Assembly: GCA_965226375.1 (NCBI GenBank)
Contig: CBDDCX010000005.1
Location: 264,048 to 328,047 of the forward strand
DNA from: Longimicrobiales bacterium
GTDB taxonomy: Bacteria > Gemmatimonadota > Gemmatimonadetes > Longimicrobiales > Gaopeijiaceae
Length of the DNA: 64,000 bases
Direction of reading: 5' to 3'
Each line of letters starts with the position of its first letter. Position 1 is the first letter of the stretch. The position numbers and the translations under genes are program-made. A model generated the notes under the pieces. That model saw only the letters and a program-made list of their open reading frames with translations, ran no database searches and was not told the origin of the DNA. Below are positions 19,943 through 29,600 of the stretch, one piece after another.

Positions 19943-20359
19943 ATGCCCCGGGTGAGAGTCACGACGGAGCTAGAGTTCAGCGCCGCACACCGGTTGTTCA
20001 ATCCCGATTGGACGGAGGAGCGCAACCAAGAGGTGTTCGGTGTGTGCGCCAATCCCAACTGGCACGGCCACAACTACGAGCTCCACGTGACCGTGGAAGG
20101 CCCTCTCGATCCGGAGACGGGATTCGTCATCGACTTCAGGGACCTGAAATCACTCGTGGATTCACGCGTGATCCGGGATCTCGATCACAAGAACCTGGAC
20201 CTCGACGTGCCCTGGATGAAGGGGCTCATCTCCTCCGCCGAGCACCTGGTCGTCGCCATCTGGAATCGTCTCGCCGACGGCCTGCCACAGGGAGTGGAAC
20301 TGAACAAGCTCATACTCTGGGAGACCCCCCGCAGCTACGTGGAATACACCGGTGAGTAG
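19943..20359 (+). CDS. 6-pyruvoyl-tetrahydropterin synthase family (PTPS-II-type motif)
   Basis: [18 protein letters not shown] (C-x5-HGH), LDHKNL, LWETP. Confidence 0.9.
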   Translation: MPRVRVTTELEFSAAHRLFNPDWTEERNQEVFGVCANPNWHGHNYELHVTVEGPLDPETGFVIDFRDLKSLVDSRVIRDLDHKNLDLDVPWMKGLISSAEHLVVAIWNRLADGLPQGVELNKLILWETPRSYVEYTGE

Positions 20360-20939
20360 TGACCTGTCGGGAGCCTCGTTCGAGGATCTGGTGGCCGAGA
20401 TGATCCGTCGGCTGGGCGAAGACACCGACCGCGAGGGGCTGAAGAAAACTCCCGAGAGGGTGGCCAAGTCGATGACCTTCCTGACCCAGGGGTACCAGAT
20501 GTCCCCCGAGGGAGTGATCAACGGCGCCCTCTTTGAGGAATCTCATCGGAACATGGTGATGGTGAAGGACATCGAGATGTACTCGCTCTGCGAGCATCAC
20601 CTCTTGCCCTTCTTCGGTAAGGTGCACGTCGCCTACATCCCCAATGGCAAGATCGTGGGGCTGTCCAAAACGGCTCGCCTGGTCGAGGTCTTCGCTCGTC
20701 GCCTGCAGGTGCAGGAGCGTCTGACGGAGCAGATCGTCCAGGCGTTGTGGGACCTGGTCGAGCCCGAAGGGGCAGGGGTAGTGGTAGAGGCGTACCACCT
20801 GTGCATGATGATGCGGGGCGTCCAGAAGCAGAACTCGATGACGATCACCTCGGCCATGCGCGGCACCTTCCTCGGGGATGAGAAGACCCGTGCGGAGTTC
20901 CTCCGCCTCTGCATGGCCAACCACAGCCCGCTGTCTTAG
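20352..20939 (+). CDS. folE: GTP cyclohydrolase I
   Basis: [43 protein letters not shown]. Confidence 0.97.
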   Translation: MSSDLSGASFEDLVAEMIRRLGEDTDREGLKKTPERVAKSMTFLTQGYQMSPEGVINGALFEESHRNMVMVKDIEMYSLCEHHLLPFFGKVHVAYIPNGKIVGLSKTARLVEVFARRLQVQERLTEQIVQALWDLVEPEGAGVVVEAYHLCMMMRGVQKQNSMTITSAMRGTFLGDEKTRAEFLRLCMANHSPLS

Positions 20940-20967
20940 CTGACCTGTAAGAGGCCCGGCCTGGCCC

Positions 20968-21591
20968 ATGCATCTGCTCTTGACCGACCGGCTCACGTGT
21001 CCCCGCTGTGGACCCGAGTTCGGATTGATCCTCCTCGCGGATCGACTCGAGGATCGGCGCGTTCTGGAGGGAGCACTCGGCTGTCCCAACTGCCGGGATC
21101 GTTATCCGGTTCGAGACGGATTCGGTGACCTGAGGCCTCCACCCCGGCCCGATCTGGCCGACGGCGAGCCTCTCGCCCCGCCCGTCTCTCCGACCCTGAT
21201 GGAGGTCGCCGGCTTGCTGGGCATCACCGACGGTGCCGGTCATGTGGTCCTGTTGGGACATATGGGGGGGCACGCGGATGTCCTTGCCGAGATGCTGCAA
21301 TCGATAGAGGTCGTGGGCATCTCCCCCGGGCTCCGGAGTTGGGATGAAGCGGAGGGAGTCAGTCGCTTGACCGCCGGCTCCCACCTGCCGTTCCGCGATC
21401 AGACCCTTCGCGGCGTGGCTCTGTTCGGAGGCGAGGGCACGTTCGAGCCGGGCGAGGTGGCGCGCGTGGTGGCTCGCCTGGGTCGTGTGGTCGTGTGGGG
21501 TGGTGTCGAGGGTTGGGATGCCGCTCTGGAGCAGGCCGGACTGACGGTTCTGGTTTCAGAGAAGGCAGCGGTGGTGGCGGCCCGACAATAG
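20968..21591 (+). CDS. Trm112-like Zn-ribbon protein with degenerate methyltransferase-like C-terminus
   Basis: LTCPRC...EGALGCPNCRDRYPVRDG; HLPFRDQTL. Confidence 0.7.
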   Translation: MHLLLTDRLTCPRCGPEFGLILLADRLEDRRVLEGALGCPNCRDRYPVRDGFGDLRPPPRPDLADGEPLAPPVSPTLMEVAGLLGITDGAGHVVLLGHMGGHADVLAEMLQSIEVVGISPGLRSWDEAEGVSRLTAGSHLPFRDQTLRGVALFGGEGTFEPGEVARVVARLGRVVVWGGVEGWDAALEQAGLTVLVSEKAAVVAARQ

Positions 21592-21708
21592 GCCCGTCGT
21601 TGCGTGGCATTTCGGGCTTCTCTACTTTCGTTCCGAACCGAATCTGGCGTTCGCAGGGCGATCCGTTCGCCCACAACGCCGCACCATTTCTCGCGGCCGA
21701 GTTCCTCC

Positions 21709-22176
21709 ATGGCATGGTGGAAAAAAGTTTTCGGCACATCCGGGGACTCCGGGCGCGTCGCCTACTACGATGAGGGCCTCGCCTTGATGGCGGAGGGCAA
21801 GTTCCATGAAGCCCTCACGTCGTTCCGTCTGGCGCTCAAGGAGTCACCGGGCGACTCGGTTGTGCTTCAGCAGATCGCCATCTCCTACACCCGCATCGGC
21901 ATGACGGAAGAGGCAGCCAAGACGTATCGACACGTGCTCCAGAAGAACCCCGACGCCCCCGGCGCCCACTACGGCCTGGCCTTCCTCCTCGCGAGGGCCG
22001 GCCAGGAGCCGGACGCCATCCCGCATCTGCGAGCCTTCTTGGAGAACGCACCGGCTGGGCAGGACGCCGGCGAGCATGTGTCCCATGCCCGCGAAACCCT
22101 CACCCGACTCACTGGAGAGGGTGGATCTCCCCCCGCTGCAGAGGGTCCCCAATCCACACAGGATGAGTTCTTCTAA
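21709..22176 (+). CDS. TPR protein
   Basis: YYDEG...GKFHEALTSF, NPDAPGAHYGLA. Confidence 0.85.
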   Translation: MAWWKKVFGTSGDSGRVAYYDEGLALMAEGKFHEALTSFRLALKESPGDSVVLQQIAISYTRIGMTEEAAKTYRHVLQKNPDAPGAHYGLAFLLARAGQEPDAIPHLRAFLENAPAGQDAGEHVSHARETLTRLTGEGGSPPAAEGPQSTQDEFF

Positions 22177-22576
22177 ACAGGCGACCCTCCGTTGGACGGG
22201 GCAAGGCGACGTCTTCAAGGGTCGCTCTGGATCCGGACCCGAGGTGACCATCGACGGGGACGGCCAGGCCGGTCCCTCTTCAACGGAGTCCCTGCTCATG
22301 GGACTCATGGGCTGTATGGCCATCGACGTCTTGATGATCCTGGAGAAGGGGCGTGTCGAAGTGGGTTCCCTCGAGGTTCTCGCCGACGCCGACAGAAACC
22401 CGGAGCCACCTCGCTTTTTCACGCGAATCCGCCTGACCTTCGTGCTGGGCGGCGTGGCGGCCGAGGCACGGTCCAAGGTGGATCGTGCCATCGAGCTTTC
22501 GTCCGACAAGTACTGCAGCGTTCTCCACTCGCTCCGACAGGATCTCGAGTTCGAGACCGTGGTCGAGGGCGTCTGA
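22163..22576 (+). CDS. OsmC family protein
   Basis: GPSSTESLLMGLMGC, DKYCSV. Confidence 0.9.
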   Translation: MSSSKQATLRWTGQGDVFKGRSGSGPEVTIDGDGQAGPSSTESLLMGLMGCMAIDVLMILEKGRVEVGSLEVLADADRNPEPPRFFTRIRLTFVLGGVAAEARSKVDRAIELSSDKYCSVLHSLRQDLEFETVVEGV

Positions 22577-22625
22577 GAACCGTCGGCTTCGATCCCGCGA
22601 CCCGAGAAGGCCACAGGAGCATCGG

Positions 22626-24482
22626 ATGGGCTCTCTAGACTTCGTGTCCAATCCCGCCGACCTCCCGCCGGGGACCCTTAGCCAACTCTTCTTGTCGGCG
22701 GTAGATGAACGCCGCGACGAGACAGCGTTTCGGTACTTTCCCGGAGAGGGCGACCACCTGGAGGATATGAGCTACGGGGCGGTCTACGACCTGGTGCGGG
22801 TCGTATCCGGTGGGCTCCGGGCTATGGGACTGGAGGCGGGGGACCGGGCGGCGATCCTTTCGGAGACCCGATTCGAGTGGTCCATCTGCGACTACGCCTG
22901 TATCTGCAGTGGTGTTCTGGACGTCCCAATCTATAGCACTCTGACGGTCCCTCAGGTGGCGTATATCCTGGAGAATGCGGGTGTGTCGCTGATTTTCGTG
23001 TCGACGCAAGACCAGGCCCGAAAGGCCAGTGCCGCGGGCCGAAAGATTGGCCGGGACATCAAGATCGTGGTTTTCGACGGCGGTGATTCACTCCCCGACG
23101 GTGTTGAGGTCTGGGAAGATTTTCTGGCAAAGGGTCGCGAGGTCGCTGCCGAAATAGACGACGAGAGTTTCCGCGCGACTGCACTGGAGACCGAGCCCGA
23201 CGACCTGGCCACCCTGCTCTACACGTCGGGCACGACCGGCCAGCCCAAAGGGGTTATGCTCACCCACAACAATCTGTGGAGCAACGTCCTTGCGTCGTCG
23301 CGAGTGCTCCCGCGTCAGGAGGGTGACACCGCGCTGGTCTTCTTGCCCCTCTCCCATGTTCTCCAGCGCATGGCCAGCTATCTCTTTTTCTCGCGGGGAG
23401 ACTCTGCCGCGTACGCCCACTCCATGAACACGGTGGCGGCCGACATGAAGGTGGTTCGTCCCTCCATCGTCGCCTCCGTCCCCCGGTTGTACGAAAAGGT
23501 CTATAACGCCGTGATGGAGGCTGAGGGTCTGAAGAAGAAGCTGGTGCAGTGGGCCAGGGAAGTGGGCGAGGCCTGGGCCGACGAAAAGCTCGCGGGGCGT
23601 GAGCCCAGCGGCGTCCTCAAGGTGGTATACCGACTCGCCGATGCTCTCGTCTTCAAGAAGATTCGCGCGGCCATGGGCGGCCGAATCCGTTACTTCCTGA
23701 GCGGGGGGGCCCCCCTTGCCCCCGATATCAATCGCTTTTTCTTCGCGGCCGGAATCTGGATCTTGGAGGGCTACGGGCTCACCGAGACGAGTCCGGTCAC
23801 CAACGTAAACTCTTTCGACGGTTTCCGAATCGGGACGGTCGGCAAGCCCGTACCCGGAACGGAGATCCGTATCGCCGAGAACGGCGAGATCCTCATTCGG
23901 GGCCCACAGGTGATGAAGGGCTACTACAATCTTCCGGAAGCCACCGCCGAGGCTATCGACTCCGAGGGATGGTTCCACTCCGGGGATGTCGGAGAGATCG
24001 ATGGGGACGGATTTCTCCGGATCACCGATAGGATCAAAGACATCATCGTTACGGCGGCGGGGAAGAATATCGCCCCCCAGCCCATCGAGAATCTGCTGAA
24101 AACCAACGACTTCGTGGAGCAGGCGGTCATGATCGGCGATCGCCGGAGCTTCTGCGTGATCCTCATCGTTCCGAGCTTTCCAAACCTGGAGTCCTGGGCC
24201 CGTAAGATCGGCTTGGAGGTCTCTGACACCCATGCGCTCCTGGCCCAGGAAGAGGTCCAGGAGCTGATGGAGGAGCAGGTGCTGGGAGCCCTGAGGGGGC
24301 TGGCGCGATACCAGACACCCAAGAAGATCGGTTTGGTCGAGTCTCCCTTCAGCATCGAGGATGGCACCCTGACCCCGACGCAGAAGGTCAAACGGAGGGC
24401 TGTGGAGGCCCGCTATAGCGAGCTCATCGAGGCCTTCTACCTGGAAGAGAACCGGGATCAGGACGTCTTCCTCGAACCGTGA
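22626..24482 (+). CDS. long-chain fatty acid-CoA ligase
   Basis: YTSGTTGQPKG, EGYGLTET, GWFHSGD, DRIKD. Confidence 0.93.
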   Translation: MGSLDFVSNPADLPPGTLSQLFLSAVDERRDETAFRYFPGEGDHLEDMSYGAVYDLVRVVSGGLRAMGLEAGDRAAILSETRFEWSICDYACICSGVLDVPIYSTLTVPQVAYILENAGVSLIFVSTQDQARKASAAGRKIGRDIKIVVFDGGDSLPDGVEVWEDFLAKGREVAAEIDDESFRATALETEPDDLATLLYTSGTTGQPKGVMLTHNNLWSNVLASSRVLPRQEGDTALVFLPLSHVLQRMASYLFFSRGDSAAYAHSMNTVAADMKVVRPSIVASVPRLYEKVYNAVMEAEGLKKKLVQWAREVGEAWADEKLAGREPSGVLKVVYRLADALVFKKIRAAMGGRIRYFLSGGAPLAPDINRFFFAAGIWILEGYGLTETSPVTNVNSFDGFRIGTVGKPVPGTEIRIAENGEILIRGPQVMKGYYNLPEATAEAIDSEGWFHSGDVGEIDGDGFLRITDRIKDIIVTAAGKNIAPQPIENLLKTNDFVEQAVMIGDRRSFCVILIVPSFPNLESWARKIGLEVSDTHALLAQEEVQELMEEQVLGALRGLARYQTPKKIGLVESPFSIEDGTLTPTQKVKRRAVEARYSELIEAFYLEENRDQDVFLEP

Positions 24483-24835
24483 CCCCGGCATCGGATGTGC
24501 GGGTTGTCTTCGTAACTGCCGAGGACAAGCAAGAAGGTCTCTCTCTGGTTCGCCAGGTCGTGAGAGAGGGGCTCGCCGCCTGCGGAAACGTTCTGCCTGA
24601 GGTCACCTCGGTGTTCGAGTGGGACGGAACCATGCGGGAGGAGGCGGAGGTTCTGCTTATCTTGAAGACGAGTGCGGGCCGAGCGGCGAGACTCGCCGAG
24701 AGGGTCGCGGAGTTGCATACGTACGACGTTCCCGAGGTGCTGACCTTGGTGGTCGATGGAGGGCATGAGCCCTACCTCGAATGGGTGCGTGAGTGCACGC
24801 GGGCGGAGCCTACCCATGGCCAGCAAGAACCGTAA
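24479..24835 (+). CDS. cutA: divalent-cation tolerance protein
   Basis: LAACGN, SVFEWDG, LHTYDVPEV. Confidence 0.92.
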   Translation: MTPASDVRVVFVTAEDKQEGLSLVRQVVREGLAACGNVLPEVTSVFEWDGTMREEAEVLLILKTSAGRAARLAERVAELHTYDVPEVLTLVVDGGHEPYLEWVRECTRAEPTHGQQEP

Positions 24836-25757
24836 GCCAGGCCGGCGTCGAAGGGCGAAGGCCCAGGCGGAGGCTGACGGGTTGCGGGTCCAGGGAGACT
24901 TGTTGGCGTCCGCGGCCGCGGAGGAGGACATCGACCGCGGTAAGGAAGAGGTCATCCCCGTCGTCTTCGTGGGCGATCTGGCGGACGAAATGGAGCGAGG
25001 GATCCTCGAGGATCCCTCGGGCGTCTCTACTGACCCCGATCTCACAGTCGCAGACGACGATCCCGAGGTCGAGGAGGTGGCACTTTTTGAGGAACCCGCA
25101 GCCGCCGACCGGGAGCGCGACTACGACCCGGTGGACGCGCCCACGGCCGAGGACGAGCGACTGAGGGTTGCCGCGCAGACGGCTCGAGAAGGCCGCATGC
25201 AGGAGGCGGTGCGGCTTTACATCGAGATTCTCATCGAGACGCCGTACCACTTCGAGGCGCAGTTCGGCCTCGGCACTCTGTATGACGATCTCGGCCGTCC
25301 TGAGCTGGCCATCGAGTGGTTTCTGGCGGCCAGTGAGTTGGATCCCGACAACGCTCAGGTGCGCGCCAGCCTCGGGGCGGCGTACGGAGCTGTGGGGCGA
25401 TTCGAGGATGCCGACACCGAGCTGCAGCTTGCTCTTCGCCTCGAGCCGGCGAGTGTGGGAGTTCGAGTCAAGGAAGGGCTCTTGGCGTTTCGTAAGGGGC
25501 TTTACGCCGACGCTGAGGCGGGCCTGCGCGGGGTGTGTAAACGCGACCCCGACCACAGCGCCGCCCACTTCTATCGGGGCGAGGCTCTCAACCGGCTCGG
25601 CCGAGTCGATGAGGCGGTTCCGGTAATGGAGAGGGTCATCGAACTCGAGCCGCACAACTGGCGTGCGTATCACACGTTGGGCATGCTCTTCGACAGAATG
25701 CACGAACCCGAGAGAGCGGCCGAAATGCATCGGCGGGCCCGAGAGTTGAACGTGTGA
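24816..25757 (+). CDS. TPR protein with acidic N-terminal extension
   Basis: About five TPR motifs after a D/E-rich low-complexity region. Confidence 0.85.
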   Translation: MASKNRKPGRRRRAKAQAEADGLRVQGDLLASAAAEEDIDRGKEEVIPVVFVGDLADEMERGILEDPSGVSTDPDLTVADDDPEVEEVALFEEPAAADRERDYDPVDAPTAEDERLRVAAQTAREGRMQEAVRLYIEILIETPYHFEAQFGLGTLYDDLGRPELAIEWFLAASELDPDNAQVRASLGAAYGAVGRFEDADTELQLALRLEPASVGVRVKEGLLAFRKGLYADAEAGLRGVCKRDPDHSAAHFYRGEALNRLGRVDEAVPVMERVIELEPHNWRAYHTLGMLFDRMHEPERAAEMHRRARELNV

Positions 25758-26344
25758 TGATCGAAGTGAGGCAGGACGACCTACTGACGGCCGACGTCGA
25801 GTGCGTCGTTCGGGCCGTCACGTCGAACCTGGATCCAGCAACGAGCCTGAGCCGTGCGGTGGGTGCTGCGGCCGGTGCCGATCTCGAGGAGCGCATCGAG
25901 CGCATGGGCGACCTACCCGTGGGTGGGGCGGTGATTACGCCCGGCGGGGAGCTGCAGGCTGCGTTCATGATCCACATCGTGATCCAGTCACCCGAGGAGC
26001 CCGCCACGCCGGGGGGTGTACGAAAGGCGCTCCTGAACGGCCTTCGGCACGCATGTCGTCTCGGGGTCGAGACCATCGCGCTTCCCCCTCTCGGCACAGG
26101 AGCGGGTAATCTGGATGCCGAAGCGGCGGCGGACGTCATGATGTCGGCGCTGCGGGAGCACCTGGAGCGCGAGGAATACCCCAAGCAGGTTGTCGTCATG
26201 GTAACGTCCAGTTACGAGTTCGACGTGTTCGCTGCCCGAATCCATAAGCCTGAAGACGAGCGCAGGGAGTCGAGCAGTAATGGAGTATCGAACGGTGTTG
26301 GTGCGTCGAGTGAGGAGGGGAAGCTGAATGGTGATGGAGCGTAA
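25754..26344 (+). CDS. macrodomain protein
   Basis: IEVRQDDL, GGAVITPGGEL, IHIV, IALPPLGTGAG. Confidence 0.88.
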   Translation: MMIEVRQDDLLTADVECVVRAVTSNLDPATSLSRAVGAAAGADLEERIERMGDLPVGGAVITPGGELQAAFMIHIVIQSPEEPATPGGVRKALLNGLRHACRLGVETIALPPLGTGAGNLDAEAAADVMMSALREHLEREEYPKQVVVMVTSSYEFDVFAARIHKPEDERRESSSNGVSNGVGASSEEGKLNGDGA

Positions 26345-26347
26345 CGC

Positions 26348-27874
26348 ATGAGGCGGAAGGCATTGGCCGTGACCATCGTGGCGATCTGGCTCGTCATGGT
26401 GGGGTGGCAGGTCCGGCGAGAGTACTTTCAGCCCGAGCTCACACGGCTGGCCGAGGCGGCGCTGGCATTAGCCCCGGGCGTGAGCTTCTACACGCTCAGC
26501 ATGGGGGAACGCACGGTAGGCCAGGCCACGTCGCGCCTGGACACGATTCCCGAGGGGTTCGAGCTGGAGGACGTCATGGTCCTCGACCTGCCCGCTCTGG
26601 GCCAGACCGGCTCGGCGGTGGTGCGAACGCTGGTGCGCCTCAACAAAGCGCTGGTCATGGAGTCGTTCTCGTTCTCACTGAACTCCGAAGTCGGAACCTT
26701 CCGGGCGGACGGGACGCTCGCCGCCGACTCTACCCTGCACGTCACCATCGATGCCGGCGGCTCGCTACAAGAGGTTTCGTACCGCATGGCCGAGCCGCCC
26801 ATTTTCTCCGCGGCTCTGCCCATTCGTATTGCCATGGCTGGAGAGCTGGAGGTGGGCAATACCTTGCGGCTCCCGGTGTTCGATCCGTCCACTCTGGCCA
26901 CGAGACCGGTGGAGATCCACGTGCTGGAGCACGACACGCTCATGGTGCCGGACAGCGCCGCCCTGAATCCCGCCACCAACCGTTGGGAGCCTGTCCGCTT
27001 CGACTCGATTCCCGTCTGGAAGATCGCAGAGATCCACGGGGGTGTGCGGGTCGAGAGTTGGGTGGATCACGACGGTCGCGTCGTCAGTGCCTCGAGCGCG
27101 CTCGGCTTCACCATGCAGAAGACCGAGTACGAGCTGGCCAGGCAGGCCCAGGAGGAAGCGGAGGGTCTAGCCACCTTGATCATCGACGAGGATGTGATCC
27201 TGTCGACCGCCATCCGAAGCAACGCCGACCTGGGATCCGTTGAGGAACACGACGTGCTCCGCTTCCGCCTTACGGGAGTGGATCTCGAGGGCTTCCAGCT
27301 CGACGGGGGACGCCAGACGCTCCGAGGTGACACGCTCATCGTGCGTCGCGCAAACTGGGGCGCTGTCGAGCCCGATTTTTCGCTTCCGTACAAGCTGATG
27401 GATATGCGCGCGGAGCTAGAGGCAGAGCCGTTGATCCAGAGCGACGACCCCCGAATTCAGCGAGAGGCTCGTCAGGCCGTGGGACGCTGGCTCAGAGATC
27501 CCAAGGGGGCGGCTTCACGGCTCACCACACGCGTGAATCGTATGCTCGATAAGAGCGTGACGTTCTCCATACCCAGCGCCCTGCAAGTGCTCGACTCGAG
27601 GCAGGGAGATTGCAACGAGCACACGGTTCTTTATGTGGCCATGGCCCGGGCCCTCGGGCTTCCGGCCCGCACGGCCGTCGGTCTCGTGTACCTCAACGAC
27701 TCGTTCTTCTACCACGCGTGGCCGGAGGTTTGGTTGGGGGAGTGGGTGGCGGTCGACCCGACCTTCGGCCAATACCCCGCCGACGCCTCGCACATCCGGT
27801 TCGTAATCGGAGGGCTGGCCCAGCAGGTTGAGATCATCCGACTCATCGGCCGTCTCAACATCGAGGTGATCTAG
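26348..27874 (+). CDS. membrane-anchored transglutaminase-like protein
   Basis: N-terminal TM; GDCNEH, YHAWPEV, VDPT (C-H-D triad). Confidence 0.9.
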   Translation: MRRKALAVTIVAIWLVMVGWQVRREYFQPELTRLAEAALALAPGVSFYTLSMGERTVGQATSRLDTIPEGFELEDVMVLDLPALGQTGSAVVRTLVRLNKALVMESFSFSLNSEVGTFRADGTLAADSTLHVTIDAGGSLQEVSYRMAEPPIFSAALPIRIAMAGELEVGNTLRLPVFDPSTLATRPVEIHVLEHDTLMVPDSAALNPATNRWEPVRFDSIPVWKIAEIHGGVRVESWVDHDGRVVSASSALGFTMQKTEYELARQAQEEAEGLATLIIDEDVILSTAIRSNADLGSVEEHDVLRFRLTGVDLEGFQLDGGRQTLRGDTLIVRRANWGAVEPDFSLPYKLMDMRAELEAEPLIQSDDPRIQREARQAVGRWLRDPKGAASRLTTRVNRMLDKSVTFSIPSALQVLDSRQGDCNEHTVLYVAMARALGLPARTAVGLVYLNDSFFYHAWPEVWLGEWVAVDPTFGQYPADASHIRFVIGGLAQQVEIIRLIGRLNIEVI

Positions 27875-28716
27875 TGTCCAGCTCCGGTCGCGAGGCTCGC
27901 CTTGCCGAACTCATGGACGGCGTGGGGCCCGGGGAGGACGCCACCCCGGAGATGCTCCAGCTGGGGGGCGTCGTGAAGCGGTACGGGGGTTTCACCGCCG
28001 TCAACGGCATCGACCTGACCGTGCCCAGGGGTGAGATCTGCGGCTTCCTGGGTCCGAACGGCGCGGGAAAGACCACGACGATCCGTATGGTGGCCGGCGT
28101 GCTGGAGCCCACGGCGGGCGAGATCATCATCGGAGGCAACGATCTGCGAGCCCACCCCATGCAGGCCAAGTCCCGCATCGGGTACATCCCGGACCGGCCC
28201 TACCTCTATGAGAAACTCTCGGGAGGGGAGTTCCTGCGCTTTGTGGCGGGCCTGTGGGGCAAGGACGAGCACTCGTCGGAGGAGCGTGCGGACGGGCTGC
28301 TCGAGGTCTTCAGCCTTTCCGAGTGGAAGGACGAGCTCATCGAGAGCTACTCCCACGGGATGCGTCAGAAGCTCCTCATCACCTCGGCGCTGATTCATCA
28401 ACCCGAACTCATCGTGGTGGATGAGCCCATGGTAGGGCTCGATCCCCGATCGGCCCGAATTCTCAAGGATTTGTTTCGGGCTTTCGCCAACCGAGGTGGG
28501 ACCGTCTTTCTGTCGAGCCACACCCTGGAGGTGGTAGAGGCCGTGTGCGACCGCATGGCCATCATCCGAAACGGGGACATCATCGCGAAGGGCACCATGG
28601 ACGACCTTCGCCGACAGGTGGACTCCGGCGAGGCTCACCTCGAGGAGATCTTCCTCAAGATGACCGGAAATGAGGACATGGCCGACGTTGTAGCCGGCCT
28701 TCAGGAGACCCGATAG
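27874..28716 (+). CDS. ABC transporter ATP-binding protein
   Basis: GPNGAGKTT, YSHGMRQK, VVDEP; the real start may be at 27913 or 27952. Confidence 0.93.
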   Translation: MSSSGREARLAELMDGVGPGEDATPEMLQLGGVVKRYGGFTAVNGIDLTVPRGEICGFLGPNGAGKTTTIRMVAGVLEPTAGEIIIGGNDLRAHPMQAKSRIGYIPDRPYLYEKLSGGEFLRFVAGLWGKDEHSSEERADGLLEVFSLSEWKDELIESYSHGMRQKLLITSALIHQPELIVVDEPMVGLDPRSARILKDLFRAFANRGGTVFLSSHTLEVVEAVCDRMAIIRNGDIIAKGTMDDLRRQVDSGEAHLEEIFLKMTGNEDMADVVAGLQETR

Positions 28717-29180
28717 TGAACGGCACCACCTTTCGCGGTGCAGGGGTCCTCTGGCTGCTCCGGCCCAAGGTCCGCTCGAAGGTCAACCGCGCCAAGAGTG
28801 AAGACGGCAGGCTCTTCAAGTGGGGTGTCCTGGCCTTCGTCGGAATCTTCTTCTGGGCGTTCATCTTCGGGATCATCTTCCGAATGTTGCTGTATTTCCG
28901 CGGCACGCAGGGCATCGGCAACCTGCTCGCGGGAAAATTGTTGGGGTTGGCCCTGCTGACGTTCCTCATGATCCTGCTCCTCTCCAACGTCATCACCGCC
29001 CTCTCCACGTACTTCCTCTCGAGGGACATGGAGCTTCTGGTGGCGGCGCCTGTCGACTCCTTGAAGCTGTATGGGGCGCGGCTCGTGGAGACCATTGTGG
29101 ACTCGTCCTGGATGGTGGCGCTGCTGGCCATTCCGCTGCTGGCTGCTTATGGAGTCGTGTACGGGTCCGGATGGTCTTTT
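28716..29180 (+). pseudogene. ABC permease N-terminus, truncated
   Basis: Several TM helices, LSRDMELLVAAPV; switches abruptly to AT-rich sequence at about 29180. Confidence 0.75.
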
Positions 29181-29291
29181 GATGGGAATTATAAAGCAGG
29201 GTTGCGCAGATGGGGATAAAAAAGGGTATTGTCTGCCGCTGGTAAGTGGTTATTAGTATAGTATAGGATAGCACTACCACGAGGAGGTCCG

Positions 29292-29450
29292 ATGACGCCC
29301 AGCGAGACGACCGGAAGGCCCCCGCACGTCAAGAAGAAGCCTCACAAGGCCGACTACAAGGGGGCCAGTCCCGAGAAGGTAGCCGAGGCGCTCTTGCGCT
29401 ACCGCCCACCTGAGCAAGGCCCCAAGACCAAAGACAAGCGATGGCTCTGA
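29292..29450 (+). CDS. small basic protein (52 aa), below the ORF-track length cut-off
   Basis: RBS GAGGAGG at 29281 with AT-rich promoter-like DNA upstream; MTPSETTGRPPHVKKKPHKADYKGASPEKVAEALLRYRPPEQGPKTKDKRWL. Confidence 0.6.
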   Translation: MTPSETTGRPPHVKKKPHKADYKGASPEKVAEALLRYRPPEQGPKTKDKRWL

Positions 29451-29600
29451 GCCCGCGCGGGGCCGCTCCTGATCCGTCCCCACAGCTCAACATCACCATG
29501 AGGGCCGCGAAGAGGGGTAGCGCATGACTGTATGTATCGCTGCGCTTTATGGCGATGGTGCAGGTGTGGTCTTGGTGACTGACAGAATGGTTACGGCTCA

